Assembly (NCBI GenBank): GCA_002269645.1
Contig: NIVC01001128.1
Span: 124,001-188,000, forward strand
DNA: 64,000 nucleotides
DNA from: Macrostomum lignano
Lineage: Eukaryota
Direction: 5' to 3'
The notes under the pieces are model-generated. The model searched no databases and was not told where the DNA came from. It saw only the letters and a list, made by a program, of their open reading frames with translations. How positions within the stretch are numbered: the stretch's first letter is position 1; each line of letters begins with the position of its first letter. Shown here piece after piece: positions 35,410-55,078 of the stretch. A program made the translations under genes and the position numbers.

Positions 35410-36100
35410 TCTATTTGTCTATCCATTATATCCATCCATTATATCCATCCATTCTATCCATCCATTCTGTCCATCCATTCTATCCATCCATTCTATCCAT
35501 CCATTCTATCCATCCATTCTATCCATCCATTCTATCCATCCATTCTATCCATCCATTCTATCCATCCATTCTATCCATCCATTCTATCCATCCATTCTAT
35601 CCATCCATTCTATCCATCCATTCTATCCATCCATTCTATCCATCCATTCTATCCATCCATTCTATCCATCCATTCTATCCATCCATTCTGTCCATCCATT
35701 CTATCCATCCATTCTATCCATCCATTCTATCCATCCATTCTATCCATCCATTCTATCCATCCATTCTGTCCATCCATTCTATCCATCCATTCTATCCATC
35801 CATTCTATCCATCCATTCTATCCATCCATTCTATCCATCCATTCTATCCATCCATTCTATCCATCCATTCTATCCATCCATTCTATCCATCCATTCTATC
35901 CATCCATTCTATCCATCCATTCTATCCATCCATTCTATCCATCCATTCTATCCATCCATTCTATGTATCCATTATATCCATCCATTCTATCCATCCATTC
36001 TATCCATCCATTCTATCCATCCATTCTATCCATCCATTCTATCCATCCATTCTATCCATCCATTCTATCCATCCATTCTATCCATCCATTCTATCTATCC
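35410..36100. repeat. 13-bp tandem repeat
   Basis: Unit TCTATCCATCCAT, ~50 copies. Confidence 0.97.
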
Positions 36101-36317
36101 ATTCCAAGTACTATATAGATTAATTATTTTTTTCAGTTTTCTTCTAGTCATTTGTTACAATCGATTGATTGGTTTAATCAAATTAAATTTTCCGTTAATT
36201 ATTTCTACTAGTGAATTAAATATATTGTTATAATATATTTCATCTCTTGTGCAATACCTATCTTTCACCAGCTCAAAGCAAATCATTTTTATATTCCCTC
36301 TAGAAGCGCGTTTAGTT

Positions 36318-36471
36318 CTACCAGACAGCTACCAGACAGCTACCAGACAGCTACCAGACAGCTACCAGACAGCTACCAGACAGCTACCAGACAGCTACCA
36401 GACAGCTACCAGACAGCTACCAGACAGCTACCAGACAGCTACCAGACAGCTACCAGACAGCTACCAGACAG
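36318..36471. repeat. 11-bp tandem repeat
   Basis: Unit ACCAGACAGCT. Confidence 0.97.
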
Positions 36472-37064
36472 CTTCAGTAGTATAGCAGATTCAAAATCTC
36501 AGCCCGCTGTATGGGTAATTAACAACCAAAGCAAAATAATGATTGAGAAACTTTTTCTATTTATGAGATAGTAAATATATGAATTCTTGTGTTTTTTTAA
36601 TGATAATGCAGCCAATTTGTGGATACAGAAAACCTCCCATCCCCGTCAAACCTTCTGTCAGCTAATTTTACTGCCAGTCACAGAGGGAATGAAAAATTAA
36701 GTCAGCCCACAGCCTTAGGTAATCCGAGGTACAGTCACCACCCCAACTCAACTCGGGTGAACTTCCGGTTCAGAGGCACAGGACACGCAGTATGCCTGTG
36801 TCTGTCTAATTCTCAACTAACAATACAGAAAAGGCCCGAGACTCACACACATCGTACAGTTGAATGACAGGGCCACTCTGAATGTATTGTGCCACTCCTC
36901 TGTCCTTGATAGGGGGATTATTGAGCCGGTGTAAGAGCCATACTGTGTGCCGATGTTCATTGTGACTCTTTGGGGGCTTAGACTTAATCTTTTTGGGACT
37001 TTGTATCTTCGGGCGAATACCACTCTGATACGCTTGCATATCGTGAGTAATTCCCCTAGAGAAC

Positions 37065-37400
37065 GATAGTAATTCCCTTTAAGAATGAGGATAATTCCCA
37101 TAGAGACTGAGAGTAGCCCAGAGAATGAGATTAATCCCCTTAGAGAATGAGAGTAATTATCCTAGAGAATGAGACTAATTCCCCTTAGAGAATGTGACTA
37201 ATTCCCCTTAGTTAATGAGAGTAATTCCATTAGAGAATAAGAGGCCTGAAGAAAGTGACTAATTCCCATAGAGTGAGAGTAATTCCCATTAGAGAACGAA
37301 AGTAATTCCTCTAGAGAATGAAGAGTAATTCCCCTTAGACAATGAGAGTAATTTCCTTAGTGAATGAGAGTAATTCCCCTAGAGAATGAGAGTAATTCTC
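37065..37400. repeat. Degenerate ~23-bp repeat
   Basis: GAGAATGAGAGTAATTCCCCTTA variants. Confidence 0.8.
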
Positions 37401-37599
37401 TTAAACAATGAGAAAAATTCCCAAAGAGAACGCGAGAATTTTTCTGGAAGTGTTAGGCTGACACAATTCCCTCGAAAATTCTCTTTGCTGTAAATAGCGA
37501 AGTAACCGCACACACTGCAGTCTTTTTGACAGCAATTTACTGAGACATTTCACTAAAAGTTTATCAGCCAACTGTCCTGTAAACTGCTTTATCAATGTG

Positions 37600-37600
37600 A

Positions 37601-37647
<47 letters not shown>

Positions 37648-38090
37648 CGATTGATTGATTGGTTGGTTGATTGATTGATTGATTGATTGACAGTGTCAGA
37701 GATTGGTCAGGACTGTGTACAGTGTGAGAGATTGGTCAGGACTGTGTACAGTGTGAGAGATTGGTCAGGACTGTGTACAGTGTGAGAGATTGGTCAGGAC
37801 TGTGTACAGTGTGAGAGATTGGTCAGGACTGTGTACAGTGTGAGAGATTGGTCAGGACTGTGTACAGTGTCAGAGATTGGTCAGGACTGTACAGTGTCAG
37901 AGATTGGTCAGGACTGTACAGTGTCAGAGATTGGTCAGGACTTTGTACAGTGTCAGAGATTGGTCAGGACTGTATACAGTGTCAGAGATTGGTCAGGACT
38001 GTGTACAGTGTCAGAGATTGGTCAGGACTGTGTACAGTGTCAGAGATTGGTCAGGACTTTGTACAGTGTCAGAGATTGGTCAAGACTGTC
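37600..38090. repeat. (GATT)n followed by a 29-bp minisatellite
   Basis: GATT run 37600-37690, then unit CAGTGT(C/G)AGAGATTGGTCAGGACTGTGTA. Confidence 0.95.
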
Positions 38091-38113
38091 CCACCCGCTG
38101 ACCGATCCCGCAG

Positions 38114-39155
38114 CTGCTGGTACATGAACGGCAATCCCAGGCCTGACATGCTGACAGTATTCGTAGCCATAGACGCGTCAGTGAAGGAGAACGGGTGTCT
38201 CCGGGTCATCCCCAGCTCGCACCTGAGCGGCCGCATCAATCACGAGAGTGGGGAGATCAGCAGAGGGCAAATCAAAAGCGGGCGGATCGCCTGGGCGACT
38301 ATCCAGTCGAGCAGCAGCCTGGCGACGCGCTGTTCTTCCACAGCAACCTGCTGCACACGAGCGCACCGAACTGCAGCGACCTGCGTCGCTGGTGCCTGGC
38401 CATCGCCTACAACCGCGCCGACAATGACCCGGTGTACCGACACCACCACCCGCAGTACACTCCGCTGCATAAGGTGCTTCTTCTTTGAGCAATATTTTCA
38501 AAGTTTTGAATAGATACGTTCTGTAGATAAGTTGTAGAGAAAAGTCTTTTCTTGCCAGCGATTTTCTCATAGACGATTTTCTCATTAGATGATTTTCTCA
38601 TAGATGATTTTCTCATAGACGATTTTCTCATTAGATGATTTTCTCATAGATGATTTTCTCATAGACGATTTTCTCATAGACAATTTCTTATAGACAATTT
38701 TCTCATAGACAATTTTCTCATAGACAATTTCTTATAGACAATTTCTTATAGACAATTTTCTCATTAGATGATTTTAGACGATATTCTCATAGATTATTTT
38801 CTCATTATATTATTTTCTCATAGACAATTTCTTATAAACGATGTTCTCATAGGCGATTTTCTCATAGACAATTTCTCATAGACAATTTCTCATAGACGAT
38901 TTCTCATAGACAATTTCTCATAGACAATTTCTCATAGACAATTTCTCATAGACAATTTCTCATAGACGATTTTCCCATGGGCGATTTTCTCTCAAGCAAT
39001 TTTCACAGGAAAGTGTCAAATTAAAACTTCTAACAAAGCTTTCAATTTTGCATTTTCAGGTTGAGAACTCAGCCCTGCTCAACTGTCAATCGCCCACAAA
39101 ACTGTATGGCAAAGATTTCCTAACACCGAGCCAGGAGATTTATCCCAATAAGTAA
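38114..39155 (+). pseudogene. PhyH-family Fe(II)/2-oxoglutarate dioxygenase (ectoine/proline-hydroxylase-like), 3' exons only, frameshifted
   Basis: Exon 38114-38473: CWYMNGNPRPDMLTVFVAIDASVKENGCLRVIPSSHLSGRINH, then a frame change near 38245 to ..PVEQQPGDALFFHSNLLHTSAPNCSDLRRW..IAYNRADNDPVYRHHHPQYTPLHK. Last exon 39060-39155: VENSALLNC..GKDF..*. The upstream exon(s) with the HxD motif were not found. An assembly indel cannot be excluded. Confidence 0.75.
38560..39000. repeat. Degenerate ~15-17-bp repeat in the PhyH intron
   Basis: ATTTTCTCATAGAC(G/A) variants. Confidence 0.9.
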
Positions 39156-39539
39156 TTAATTAATGGAAGCCGAACTTTTCTGGTGTGGGCCATAACAGTA
39201 TAACAACTATAACTGAGAATTAAAGGACAAATATACACTAGTTGGTTCTATGCCGCTGTTGTTAGGGAAACAATTATTCCCATATTATTTGAGAGTGAAG
39301 GTGTGAAAATCAAGAGTCATTTATTTTTTCGTTCTTTTGAGATTCTAAGATGCAAATTGCCAAGTCTGAGAAGAAATTATTAAAGCAGAAAAGTCGATGC
39401 AGACTTTGTTCTGCGTGGGTAGTTCCTTGGCTGCATCCAGAAGTTCAGATGAAACCCAAAATCTTAAAGAAGACCTTTGAGTTGCACTTTTATTTTAATG
39501 ACCTTTAACAGATATAACCATGGTTCGCTTACAATCCAC

Positions 39540-40090
39540 CTTTCGAATGACAGTCAAATCTGTAATAGTGACAATCCACCAATAAAATTAACAACCTACC
39601 CATAGCCAAGCCAACCTTAGAATGACAACCCACTTTTAGATTGACAATCCACTTTTAGAATGACAACCCACCCTTAGCATGAAAATCCACCCTTAGAATG
39701 ACAACCCACTCCTAGAATGACAAGCTACCCATATTATGAAAGCACACCCCTAGAATGACAACCCACTCCTAGAATGACAAGCTACCCCTATTATGAACGC
39801 CCACCCCTAGAATGACAACCCACTCCTATAAAGACAACCCTCTGCTAAATTGACAACTCACCGACAATCTACCCTTCAAATATCAACAATCCCACCTTTG
39901 AATGACAACCCACTCCTAGTATGATAAACCACTCCTAGAATGACAACCCAAACTTAGAAATGACAACTCAGCTTTGAAATTTTACAGTATAACCTTAGAA
40001 TAATAACGCAATCCTAAAAGAACAACTCACTGTTTAGACTGACAACCCATCCTTCAGAACGAAAACCCTAGGTTAAAATTGACAATCCAA
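39540..40090. repeat. Highly degenerate ~20-bp repeat
   Basis: TAGAATGACAACCCACTCC variants. Confidence 0.75.
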
Positions 40091-41485
40091 GCCTAAACAA
40101 AAAGTCAGATACAAAATATGCTCTATTAGACATGCAAGTTGAAGTGCAAATCAAAGTAACTCACTCGGAAGCATCTGAATCCGACATGGTGCTTGAAGAC
40201 AGAAATTTTATATGATTACTAATGTTGCTGCTTTTACTACTTGGGCTTCTGTGTCGCTCTCGGATGTTAATACCAGAAGCTTTATAACTATTTATTGATT
40301 GCTACAGTGGGGGGTTGCCTGAATTTTAAATCAATATTGCAGGCAAATAAAAAGCGGGGAAAATTATAAAAAAGCCTCCATATTCCCGCCTTGGTGAATT
40401 ATTGAAAAAAGATTGCTAGATAAAACTGCATGCTAGACAGAACACTGCCAGTTGAACAATCAATAGAACAACCCCAGCCACGAAGAGGGAGGGAGAAATG
40501 GCGCTATGGCGACAGAAACTCTCTTCTATTATAGGGAGCAGCGTCTAAAAACCCAGCCGCAGCGACCAATCGAATTTTTGCTGGGGTTACGAGTGGGCGA
40601 GTGCGGAGCCAAGGACTTCTATGGGCTGGTAGGTATCTGGATTGGACACGCCCGAAATTTTGATTCAAGGTATTTAATGAGCCAATACTGCCCATACCGC
40701 AGGCTCCATATCAGGGGTCGTGGGACGAGTCAGATGCGCTTACTGTCTAGGAGCTTTTGTCTATGGTAAAACCCTATTTGATGCAATGTATTTTAAAAGT
40801 ATCCCACTGTTATACTTAATAATTAATGAGTTTCCAATCCGATTTTCTAGCACTAATTATTAGCAGTCTTTGGTCGAAACTAACCAAAGTACTTTACGCG
40901 TGTGTAGTAGTGTATTTATTAAAACTACTTACTTAAATTGATGAAGAAAGCTTTAGTTTGGCAACAGCCCGAGCTTCTAACACTGGCAGTGTAGTTACCT
41001 GGGCAAACTGCCATTCAATAGAGTAGAACGAGTATAAAAGAAAAATAGACTCGCTCAATGCGCCTGCCTACTTTAGCTAACTGTGTCAAAATTGAGAGAA
41101 TTAAAGAGAGACAGTCTCGTGCAACTGTGCACTGTGAGCTGGATGCTGGCACAGTTTGCATAGGACTTGAGTCCTTCAAAACATTTCTAGACGAATCGCC
41201 CACTTACTCATTAGGTCTATTCAGAAACAAGCTTTCTGCGAGAAACTGTCAGGAGCACTCAAGCTATAAAGAAAAAATTGCTTCTGGAAGCTTGTATCGC
41301 GCTTTCCAAAAATTTCTGCTTTTTTAGTTTCTAGAATTTTACAGCAAGCTAATTATTGGTGAAATTTGTTGTCTTTTTACTTACGGTGTTGGCTTGTTGA
41401 ATTTGCTGTCGAGATGCTGGTATAGCGACTTTTTCTGCAATTTTTTATATGATACCTCAGTAAAATCACTTTAATATGAATATAA

Positions 41486-41765
41486 TGGATTGCTAATCTA
41501 TAGCCATATCTGCTGGATGAAGGAGCAGAATGGATTGCTAATCTATAGCCATATCTGCTGGGTGAAGGAACAGAATGGATTGCTAATCTATAGCCATATC
41601 TGCTGGGTGAAGGAACAGAATGGATTGCTAATCTATAGCCATGTCTGCTGGGTGAAGGAGCAGAATGGATTGCTAATCTATAGCCATATCTGCTGGATGA
41701 AGGAACAGAATGGATTGCTAATCTATAGCCATATCTGCTGGATGAAGGAGCAGAATGGATTGCTA
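41486..41765. repeat. 45-bp minisatellite, ~6 copies (same unit as 12452-13198)
   Basis: AATGGATTGCTAATCTATAGCCATATCTGCTGG(A/G)TGAAGGA(G/A)CAG. Confidence 0.95.
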
Positions 41766-41917
41766 ATAAAATAAAATAAAATGGATTGCTAATCTTTTTA
41801 CGTAATATAATAAGTGTCGATCTAAACCTCCATTTCTTCGTATATTTTAGAGCAGTCCCGAACGCCTCTACTCAAATAAGTAGTGCAGCATGAAATCTAC
41901 TAAAAGCTGTCACTCAC

Positions 41918-42034
41918 AATAAGTCTGCCGCCACCTGACTGGTCAGCGCCTGGCACATTCTTCTTCAAGCCACTGGCCACCTCTGACCAGATGTTCGGCT
42001 GCCGTTTCTCCTGCTCATCCCGGGTGTCAGACAT
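41918..42034 (-). CDS. Candidate first coding exon of an unassigned gene
   Basis: ATG at 42034, MSDTRDEQEKRQPNIWSEVASGLKKNVPGADQSGGGRLI, ending at a GTGAGT donor; GC-rich island in AT-rich context. No phase-compatible downstream exon identified. Confidence 0.35.
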
Positions 42035-42299
42035 CACTCGGTCTACAGCGCCTCGAAGTTTGGCCAACGACGAGCTGCTTGCTTCTGAGGCCACCGTTTA
42101 GTGATCGAAATTTGAAATTCTATTAAGTATAGCTAGTGGCAAACTTTAAAAAGCAGGACGAAAACTATAACGTCCTTGTTGAATCAAATTAGACTGAAAT
42201 ACTTGTATTATGGATGCTAATATTTTTAGTAGCGTGAACGAATGCAATATTTTCGAAGTGAACTAACTATTCGAGACTGACCTAAAATGTAAGCGACTA

Positions 42300-42880
42300 G
42301 AGTGTGACCAACAAGAAGTAATATGCTATAGAGTGTGACTGGCAGTGAGTGACCTTCTAGAGTGTGACTGGCATTCAGGGAGTGACCTGCTGGAGTGTGA
42401 CTGGCAGTGAGTGACCTGCATCAGTGTGACTGGCAGAGAGTGACCTGCATCAGTGTGACTGTCAGTGAGTGGCAATGAGTGACCTGCTAGAGTGTAACTA
42501 GCAGTGAGTGACCTGCTAGAGTGTGACTGACAGTGAGTGGCAATGAGTGACCTGCTAGAGTGTGACTAGCAGAGAGTGACCTGCTAGAGTGTGACTGGCA
42601 GAGAGTGACCTGCTAGAGTGTGACTAGCAGTGAGTGACCTGCTAGAGTGTGACTGGCAGTGAGTGACCTGCTAGAGTGTGACTGGCAGTGAGTGACCTGC
42701 TGGAGTAGTGACTGGCAGAGAGTGACCTGCTGGAGTGTGACTGGCAGAGAGTGACCTGCTGGAGTGTGACTGGCAGAGAGTGACCTGCTAGAGTGTGACT
42801 GGCAGAGAGTGACCTGCTAGAGTAGTGACTGGCAGAGATTGACCTGCTGGAGTGTGACTGGCAGTCTGACTGGAGAAGAT
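42300..42880. repeat. ~29-bp minisatellite
   Basis: Unit GAGTGACCTGCT(A/G)GAGTGTGACTGGCAG(T/A). Confidence 0.92.
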
Positions 42881-43875
42881 AAAATGCAAAATAAATACTG
42901 TTTTGCTATCCCAGAAGTATGTGTACTGTTCAGCCTTCGAGAGAAGTCTCAAAGTGACCTAAGGGGATCAAAGTGATCAAATCACTAAAGGGCTACAAGC
43001 ATGCAAAGCTTCATATTCAGCCGCTTACCCATTTTTTTCTACAGTGCCCTTCAAAGCGGTTGTCAATGCAGAGATCAAAGTCTGTCTGACGCGCTAGCCT
43101 GTGCGAGAACTGACTGAGTACACACACTGTCTTTCTGAACTCTCTCTTATCTACCTGAGCAGCTAATATAACAATTATACAAGTTAATAGAAACTAATAT
43201 TGAGTAGACTCCCCCCTAGGGCCATTGGTCTGGCGCTGTTTAATACGGACCGAAGCGGAGGCTCAGTATTCTGCAGCTGCAATTGTGAATGCAGACTTGT
43301 TTTCCACAGAACCCCGTCTGGAGAATTAAAAAAAAGCTTAATTTTAGCACTTCTGTTCTACTCAAAACTTCGACTCAAAGCGCGAGAGCCCCCAGCACCC
43401 CTCATCTCTTCCACATCTCATCCAGTCCAGCAACCCCCGCAGTTTTATTACCTCCAACAGCAGTTGCCCAGAGTAAACAGATGTCTTATCTTTGAGTACG
43501 TACTCTCAAACTGAAAAATTTCTCAAAAAATAGAATTTACATATCTCAGGCGGGACGAAGTATTTTATAATTAATTCTGGACCGCTTCATTATTCAAACA
43601 TATAAGTACGTTATTTCAAGAGAAATTATTCCGGAAATTTATTGTAGAAATTAATTTATTCAACAGAATGCCGCGTGCAGCTCCCTTTGTTTTTGTCACG
43701 CGTTTAATCAATCAGAAATTTTTTTGGCTTGCAAATACCTTTGTTAGAACTATGATTTTTTCAGGTGCTCTTTTTACAACAGTTGAAAGACAGACAGTCT
43801 CCGCTTCATCTACTGCTAGTCTGGTGGTCAAGTTGAAAGTACCATGCAAAGTTGACGAAACTTCCTGACCAACTC

Positions 43876-49974
<6,099 letters not shown>

Positions 49975-50998
49975 TGTCCAAGCCGAGTCTGAAAGGCAGT
50001 GTGCATGGCTCATATTTTAGGTTTTTTAACTACGTGTAACTCGTCCTCAACCTCAACAGCATTGAATCCTAAACAGCGCAGAACACATTTCTAACCAACA
50101 ATTATCGCATGATTCTCATTTCAAAAAGGAACGAACCGAGCAGTACAATGCTTGAAACTATCTGAGAAAGGTGCCTCATTAGGCATTTCCGTGATCTACA
50201 GCTATAGTGCAAAGAGTGTGACGGGGGTGCAACCGGAGTGACGTCCCTAAATCCTTCATCTTTTCTGCTTTTTTTTCAAAGGAGATTAGCTTAGCTAGTC
50301 GAAAATGTCTCTTGCCTGGGCAGTCAGGCCTTGCATAAATGATGAGCAGTTGCTCAAACTGCATCGTATATCACTTTTAAAGCTTCTAGCTCTCTACTGC
50401 TACTGAATCACTCGCCGAATATCTTGCTTTTTCAGCTGGTGTTTTAAATGACAATGTCAGGCAGAAAAAGGATCTTACCTGATCTTACCTCAGGTAGCTG
50501 ATTATTCGCAAATATCAGCGAAGACAGAGACAGGAAAAGGCAGAATTTATCGAGCACAGGTTTTGCCAGTCAGTTTTGCTATTGGCAGATGCTGGCCATG
50601 CAGAACCTGAGATCTACCGACCAATTGGAGAAGAGAATAACAAAAATGATTGAGTTTGAGGCAATGCTAGCTGATTTTGCTGTTGAAGAACATTTCTAAA
50701 GAATCATTTTTTTATAATTCAATAAAATTATTAATCCCGAATTCAGATCCTTGGATTCAGTAGCCATCACAATCCAGTTTAAAATATAGGCAGAATTTTA
50801 TGATAAAACGAAAGAAAGAATTTACATTGAATCAGTATAAAAACTTAATCTAAACTAAAGCACAGAGAGCAGTCATCCACTATAGTAAAAAAGTCTTTAA
50901 AGTGAAAAAGAAATCGGAAAAATTTGTAAAGATTTCAAGCAAAACTGGTGTCACTTCGGTCTCTTGAACTTCCTGTCCTTGGCGCCGACCTCGCACAG

Positions 50999-53900
50999 CT
51001 AGAGCACTCGGGCCGGCGTCAGCGGCAGCTCGAACGTCAGGTTCACGTCCGGCTTTCCCTGCTGCTTCCGGAAGGCCTCAATCGCTCTCTTGATGGCGGT
51101 GACGCAGGTGGCCGCCAGACCGAGCGGCGGCTCCCCGATCGCCTTGGTGCTGAACACGCTGTCGGTGTCTCCCGGCTTCTTCAGCAGGTGGACGCGGAAG
51201 TCGCGCGGCACGTCGGCAGCCTGCGGCGGCTTATAGTTCCAGGTACCGTCGGCCAGGTTTCGCCCGGTGTCGGAGTCGTACACGGTTCTCTCAGTCAGGT
51301 AGTAACCCATGCCGAACACGTAGGCGCCCTCGATCTGGCCAATGTCCACGCCAGGGTTGAGGCTCTTGCCGATGTCCATCGTGATGTCCGAGCGCAGGAC
51401 GACGTACTCGCCGGTGAGGATGTCCACCTCCACCTCTGCCGCGCCAACGCCGAGGGTAGAGTAGCGAGCGTGCTGGCCTTTACGGTCCTTAGGATAGTAG
51501 CTGTGAATCGTTTAGGTTTAAGTTAACTTTTTACAATTCTTTAGCTAAATTTTTTCTGTTTCTAATCAAAAAAAGTTTTCAGGGATTCGAAGGAAAAGAG
51601 CTGTTTTCACGAGTATTGACTGTCTATTCTGTGACAGTGTCGTACAGTTATAGTTAGTTTTGTATCGACAGCGTCGCAGAACCCTCCCACCGCTTCTGAG
51701 GACGTACTGCTCTGTCTCACATTCATCTGTGCATCTACACCTTTTAGCTGCATCGCGTTGAAGCAGTCACCTCTGCATGGACTCGCCAGGTGCACGAACT
51801 GCGATATTGAGTCCTATCACCGGGGTCTGTCACGACTAATTAAGACAACACACCTTAATTTGTGGCTTTACCATAGACAGTCTTGTGAAAGCGATCAAGA
51901 CACATCTGCTACACCTTTCTGCGTCCTATTTCGATAAAACTGCATTTAATATCGACATCGTATATTCGATATCGGCAGCCAGCGCCTCGTGCGGCAGACT
52001 GACTATGGAAATAGACGCAACTAAACCCAAAACTGCATTCAAATTCGGCAAACTAGACTCAATTTCGCCAGCGCCAATCTAAAAGGAAAATAAAGACAGA
52101 ATAGTGGGATTTCTTAGATTCTGCACAAGTACTGCATTTGGAGTACAGTCCCTACCTCGATTTTTACCATAGAGAGTCTATGCAAGCTGAAAGTCGGCAA
52201 CCCACTATTTTGCAGCAGCAACCGATTTTCTTGAATTCATTACTGTTCCCTGACCTCTAAGTACGAGCTAATGTACATGTATTTAAATCGAAGCTTTTGC
52301 TTTCATACCAATTTCAAAAAAGGGCTGGTAGCCTAGTTTTTAGATCATCGGATTCACGACTTGAAGGTCGGGGGGTTCGATTCCCGATCCAACTGGAACA
52401 ATTTGTGTCCTTGAGCAAGACACTTAACTCTGCATTGCTTCAGTTCACCCAGCTGTAAAATGCCAGCATTAGCTGGAGTAATTGAGGGTGTGTGGCGACC
52501 CCCCAGTCCTTGGACTGAACAGCCGTACGCAGCCTTCAGATGCGCCGCGCAATAGCTGCGGCTGAGCTGTCGGTTGCACATCTGGCCCAATTGGGGCAGG
52601 TGTAATCAATTACTATTATAATAATAATAATTATTATTATTAAAATTTCATATCGCGCTTCGCTCCGGTTTTTTATTTTACTTTTAATTGCTCGACTTTG
52701 TATTTCATCTGGAAATATATATTACGACTCGTTTCGCATGCTTGTTATTGCAAGATTTTCTCTCTTTTTCTCTGACGGGAGGTGACTAAAGTGAAAATTG
52801 TGTCACTGCTGCTTCTACTGCTAAATTTTTGAGGACGTAGCCGGGTTAGGTTGGCAGATGAGCTCTCTGGACTCTCTGGAGCCTCGAAAGTAAGTCGGCC
52901 AAAGCTAAATTGCATTATTCGTCAAAAAAATACTCGCAATTTTTTGGTTCCGTTTTCTAAACATTCTGAATTTGAGATCAAACGCTGAACAGGTGTGGTA
53001 ATTAAAGCTTTTTGCTTGGTTTTCACACATTTCTGCTACAGATCTTCTCGAATTTGATGCCCGTGTCTGCATCTTCAAAGCAAGTAATCGGCATATAGGT
53101 CCAATTCAATTACTCACGTTCCGAAAGCCTTGAGCAGTACGCCCGAGTTGATGGCAGTCGATACCAGCTCAAGCCAATTCGCCTCCGGCTTGGTTAATTT
53201 AATTGGCAACAGCCGCTCTCTGATTTGACTGCCAGCAACCTTCGCGGCCATGGCGTTGAGCTCGCTGGTAGCGCTGCCACCAGTTCCGTCCATCTGAGGG
53301 TGCACCAGACTGTCCGGTGGCCGTGTCTTCACCATGTCGAGCGCAGCACCAAACTCGGCCAGTTGAGCAACAGCCGCTTGAGCAACTTTCGTGGTCAGAC
53401 CCTGGCCCATCTCGGCACCGCAGTGCACAATAGAGATGCTGCCGTCAATGAGCACAGTGACATCTACCTGAGGTATTCCGAACCTCTCGTAGGACACCGG
53501 ATAGGATATTCCGGACATGTCTATCCCGCGTTTTCTGTACAAGTTCTCCTGTTTTAATTTATTATAAAGGAGGGGTTACAGCTCGTGTTTGAATGAAATA
53601 ACTATAGCTGAATATAAAGATTTGAGTTAGCTCACCTTATTGAACTGCTCAACACGTTTTCTTCGCTTGTCAATATCAGCTGCAATGCTGAGCTCATCCC
53701 ACATTCGCGCCATGTTGTCGTCGGGCCGTTTTAGACCGGTAAAGTCAGTCTGGACGGAGTTTAAGTAGGTAATTAAAAAATGTGTTCTTAAAGATGTGCT
53801 CTGTACTGCAATTGTGACAAGTTGAGACGGCCGTTGACAGTGGATCATGATGGATCACACCTGTTGACAGCGGCTACAGGTAATTTTACACCCAAACATG

Positions 53901-54811
53901 TACATATAATAATAATATTTGAATGTCCCTATGACACCTGCCCCAATGGCCCCGCGCATCTGAATGCTGCGTACGGCTGTTCAGTCCAAGTCCAAGGACT
54001 GGGGGGTGGCCACACACATCCACTCAATTACCCCAGCTAATGCTGGCACCCATTTTACAGCTGGGTGAACTGAAGCAATGCAGAGTTAAGTGTCTTGCTC
54101 AAGGACGCAAATCGTTCCTAGTGGGTAGAGAATCGAACTCCCGACCTTTCAGTCATGAGTCCGACGCTCTCTGACCACTAGGCTAAACGACGCTGCTAAA
54201 CGATCGATAGTAAAACTACGAGCTAAGAATATCATCTTAGAATGCAATCAGACGTATTGCACCTGACTGACTTACCTGACCGGCACAGTACAGGTTCCTT
54301 CTCTTGAACTCAATAGGATCCAATTTCAACTCGTGAGCCAGGTGATCCATCATGAGCAGGCTAAATACTGCTGCGGGCGCCGAGCCCGGACATCGCACGG
54401 ACGTTGTCTGTGGCTTATTAGTCTTCAAGAACAGCAGATCCCGCTTGTAAGTCGGCGAATAGAACGCCTGATCCAGGGAATGGTCGATTTCGTGTCCCAG
54501 AATCACGATAAAGTTGCACGAACTGCCGGCATCGACAATTGACTGCCAGTGAACGCTCATTAACTGCCCGTCGGCGGATGCTCCAGCTCTGTATTTGGCC
54601 ATCACAGTCGGTCGCTTCTGTCCGCATTGAGCCAGCGTGTCCAGGCGCACAAACATGCGACACGGTCGGTGAGTGATGTCGCAAGCGATGGCGCACACAG
54701 CAACTGCGTGGTCAACCTTGTTGTCGATTAAGATGATGTTTGCAAAAATGTGAGTCATGCCGAATTAACTCGATTGCTGATAGAAGCTCGTAGTCGGTGG
54801 GAGACAGATAA

Positions 54812-54854
<43 letters not shown>

Positions 54855-54939
54855 CGCCAGGGGTTAGCGAAATGGGCGGCAACGCCTCCTCGCTGTTTCC
54901 GGACGCACGGAGCCCCCTGCAGCTAAGTCAAGTAAGTAA

Positions 54940-54974
<35 letters not shown>

Positions 54975-54975
54975 A

Positions 54976-55028
<53 letters not shown>

Positions 55029-55035
55029 CACAGAA

Positions 55036-55078
<43 letters not shown>

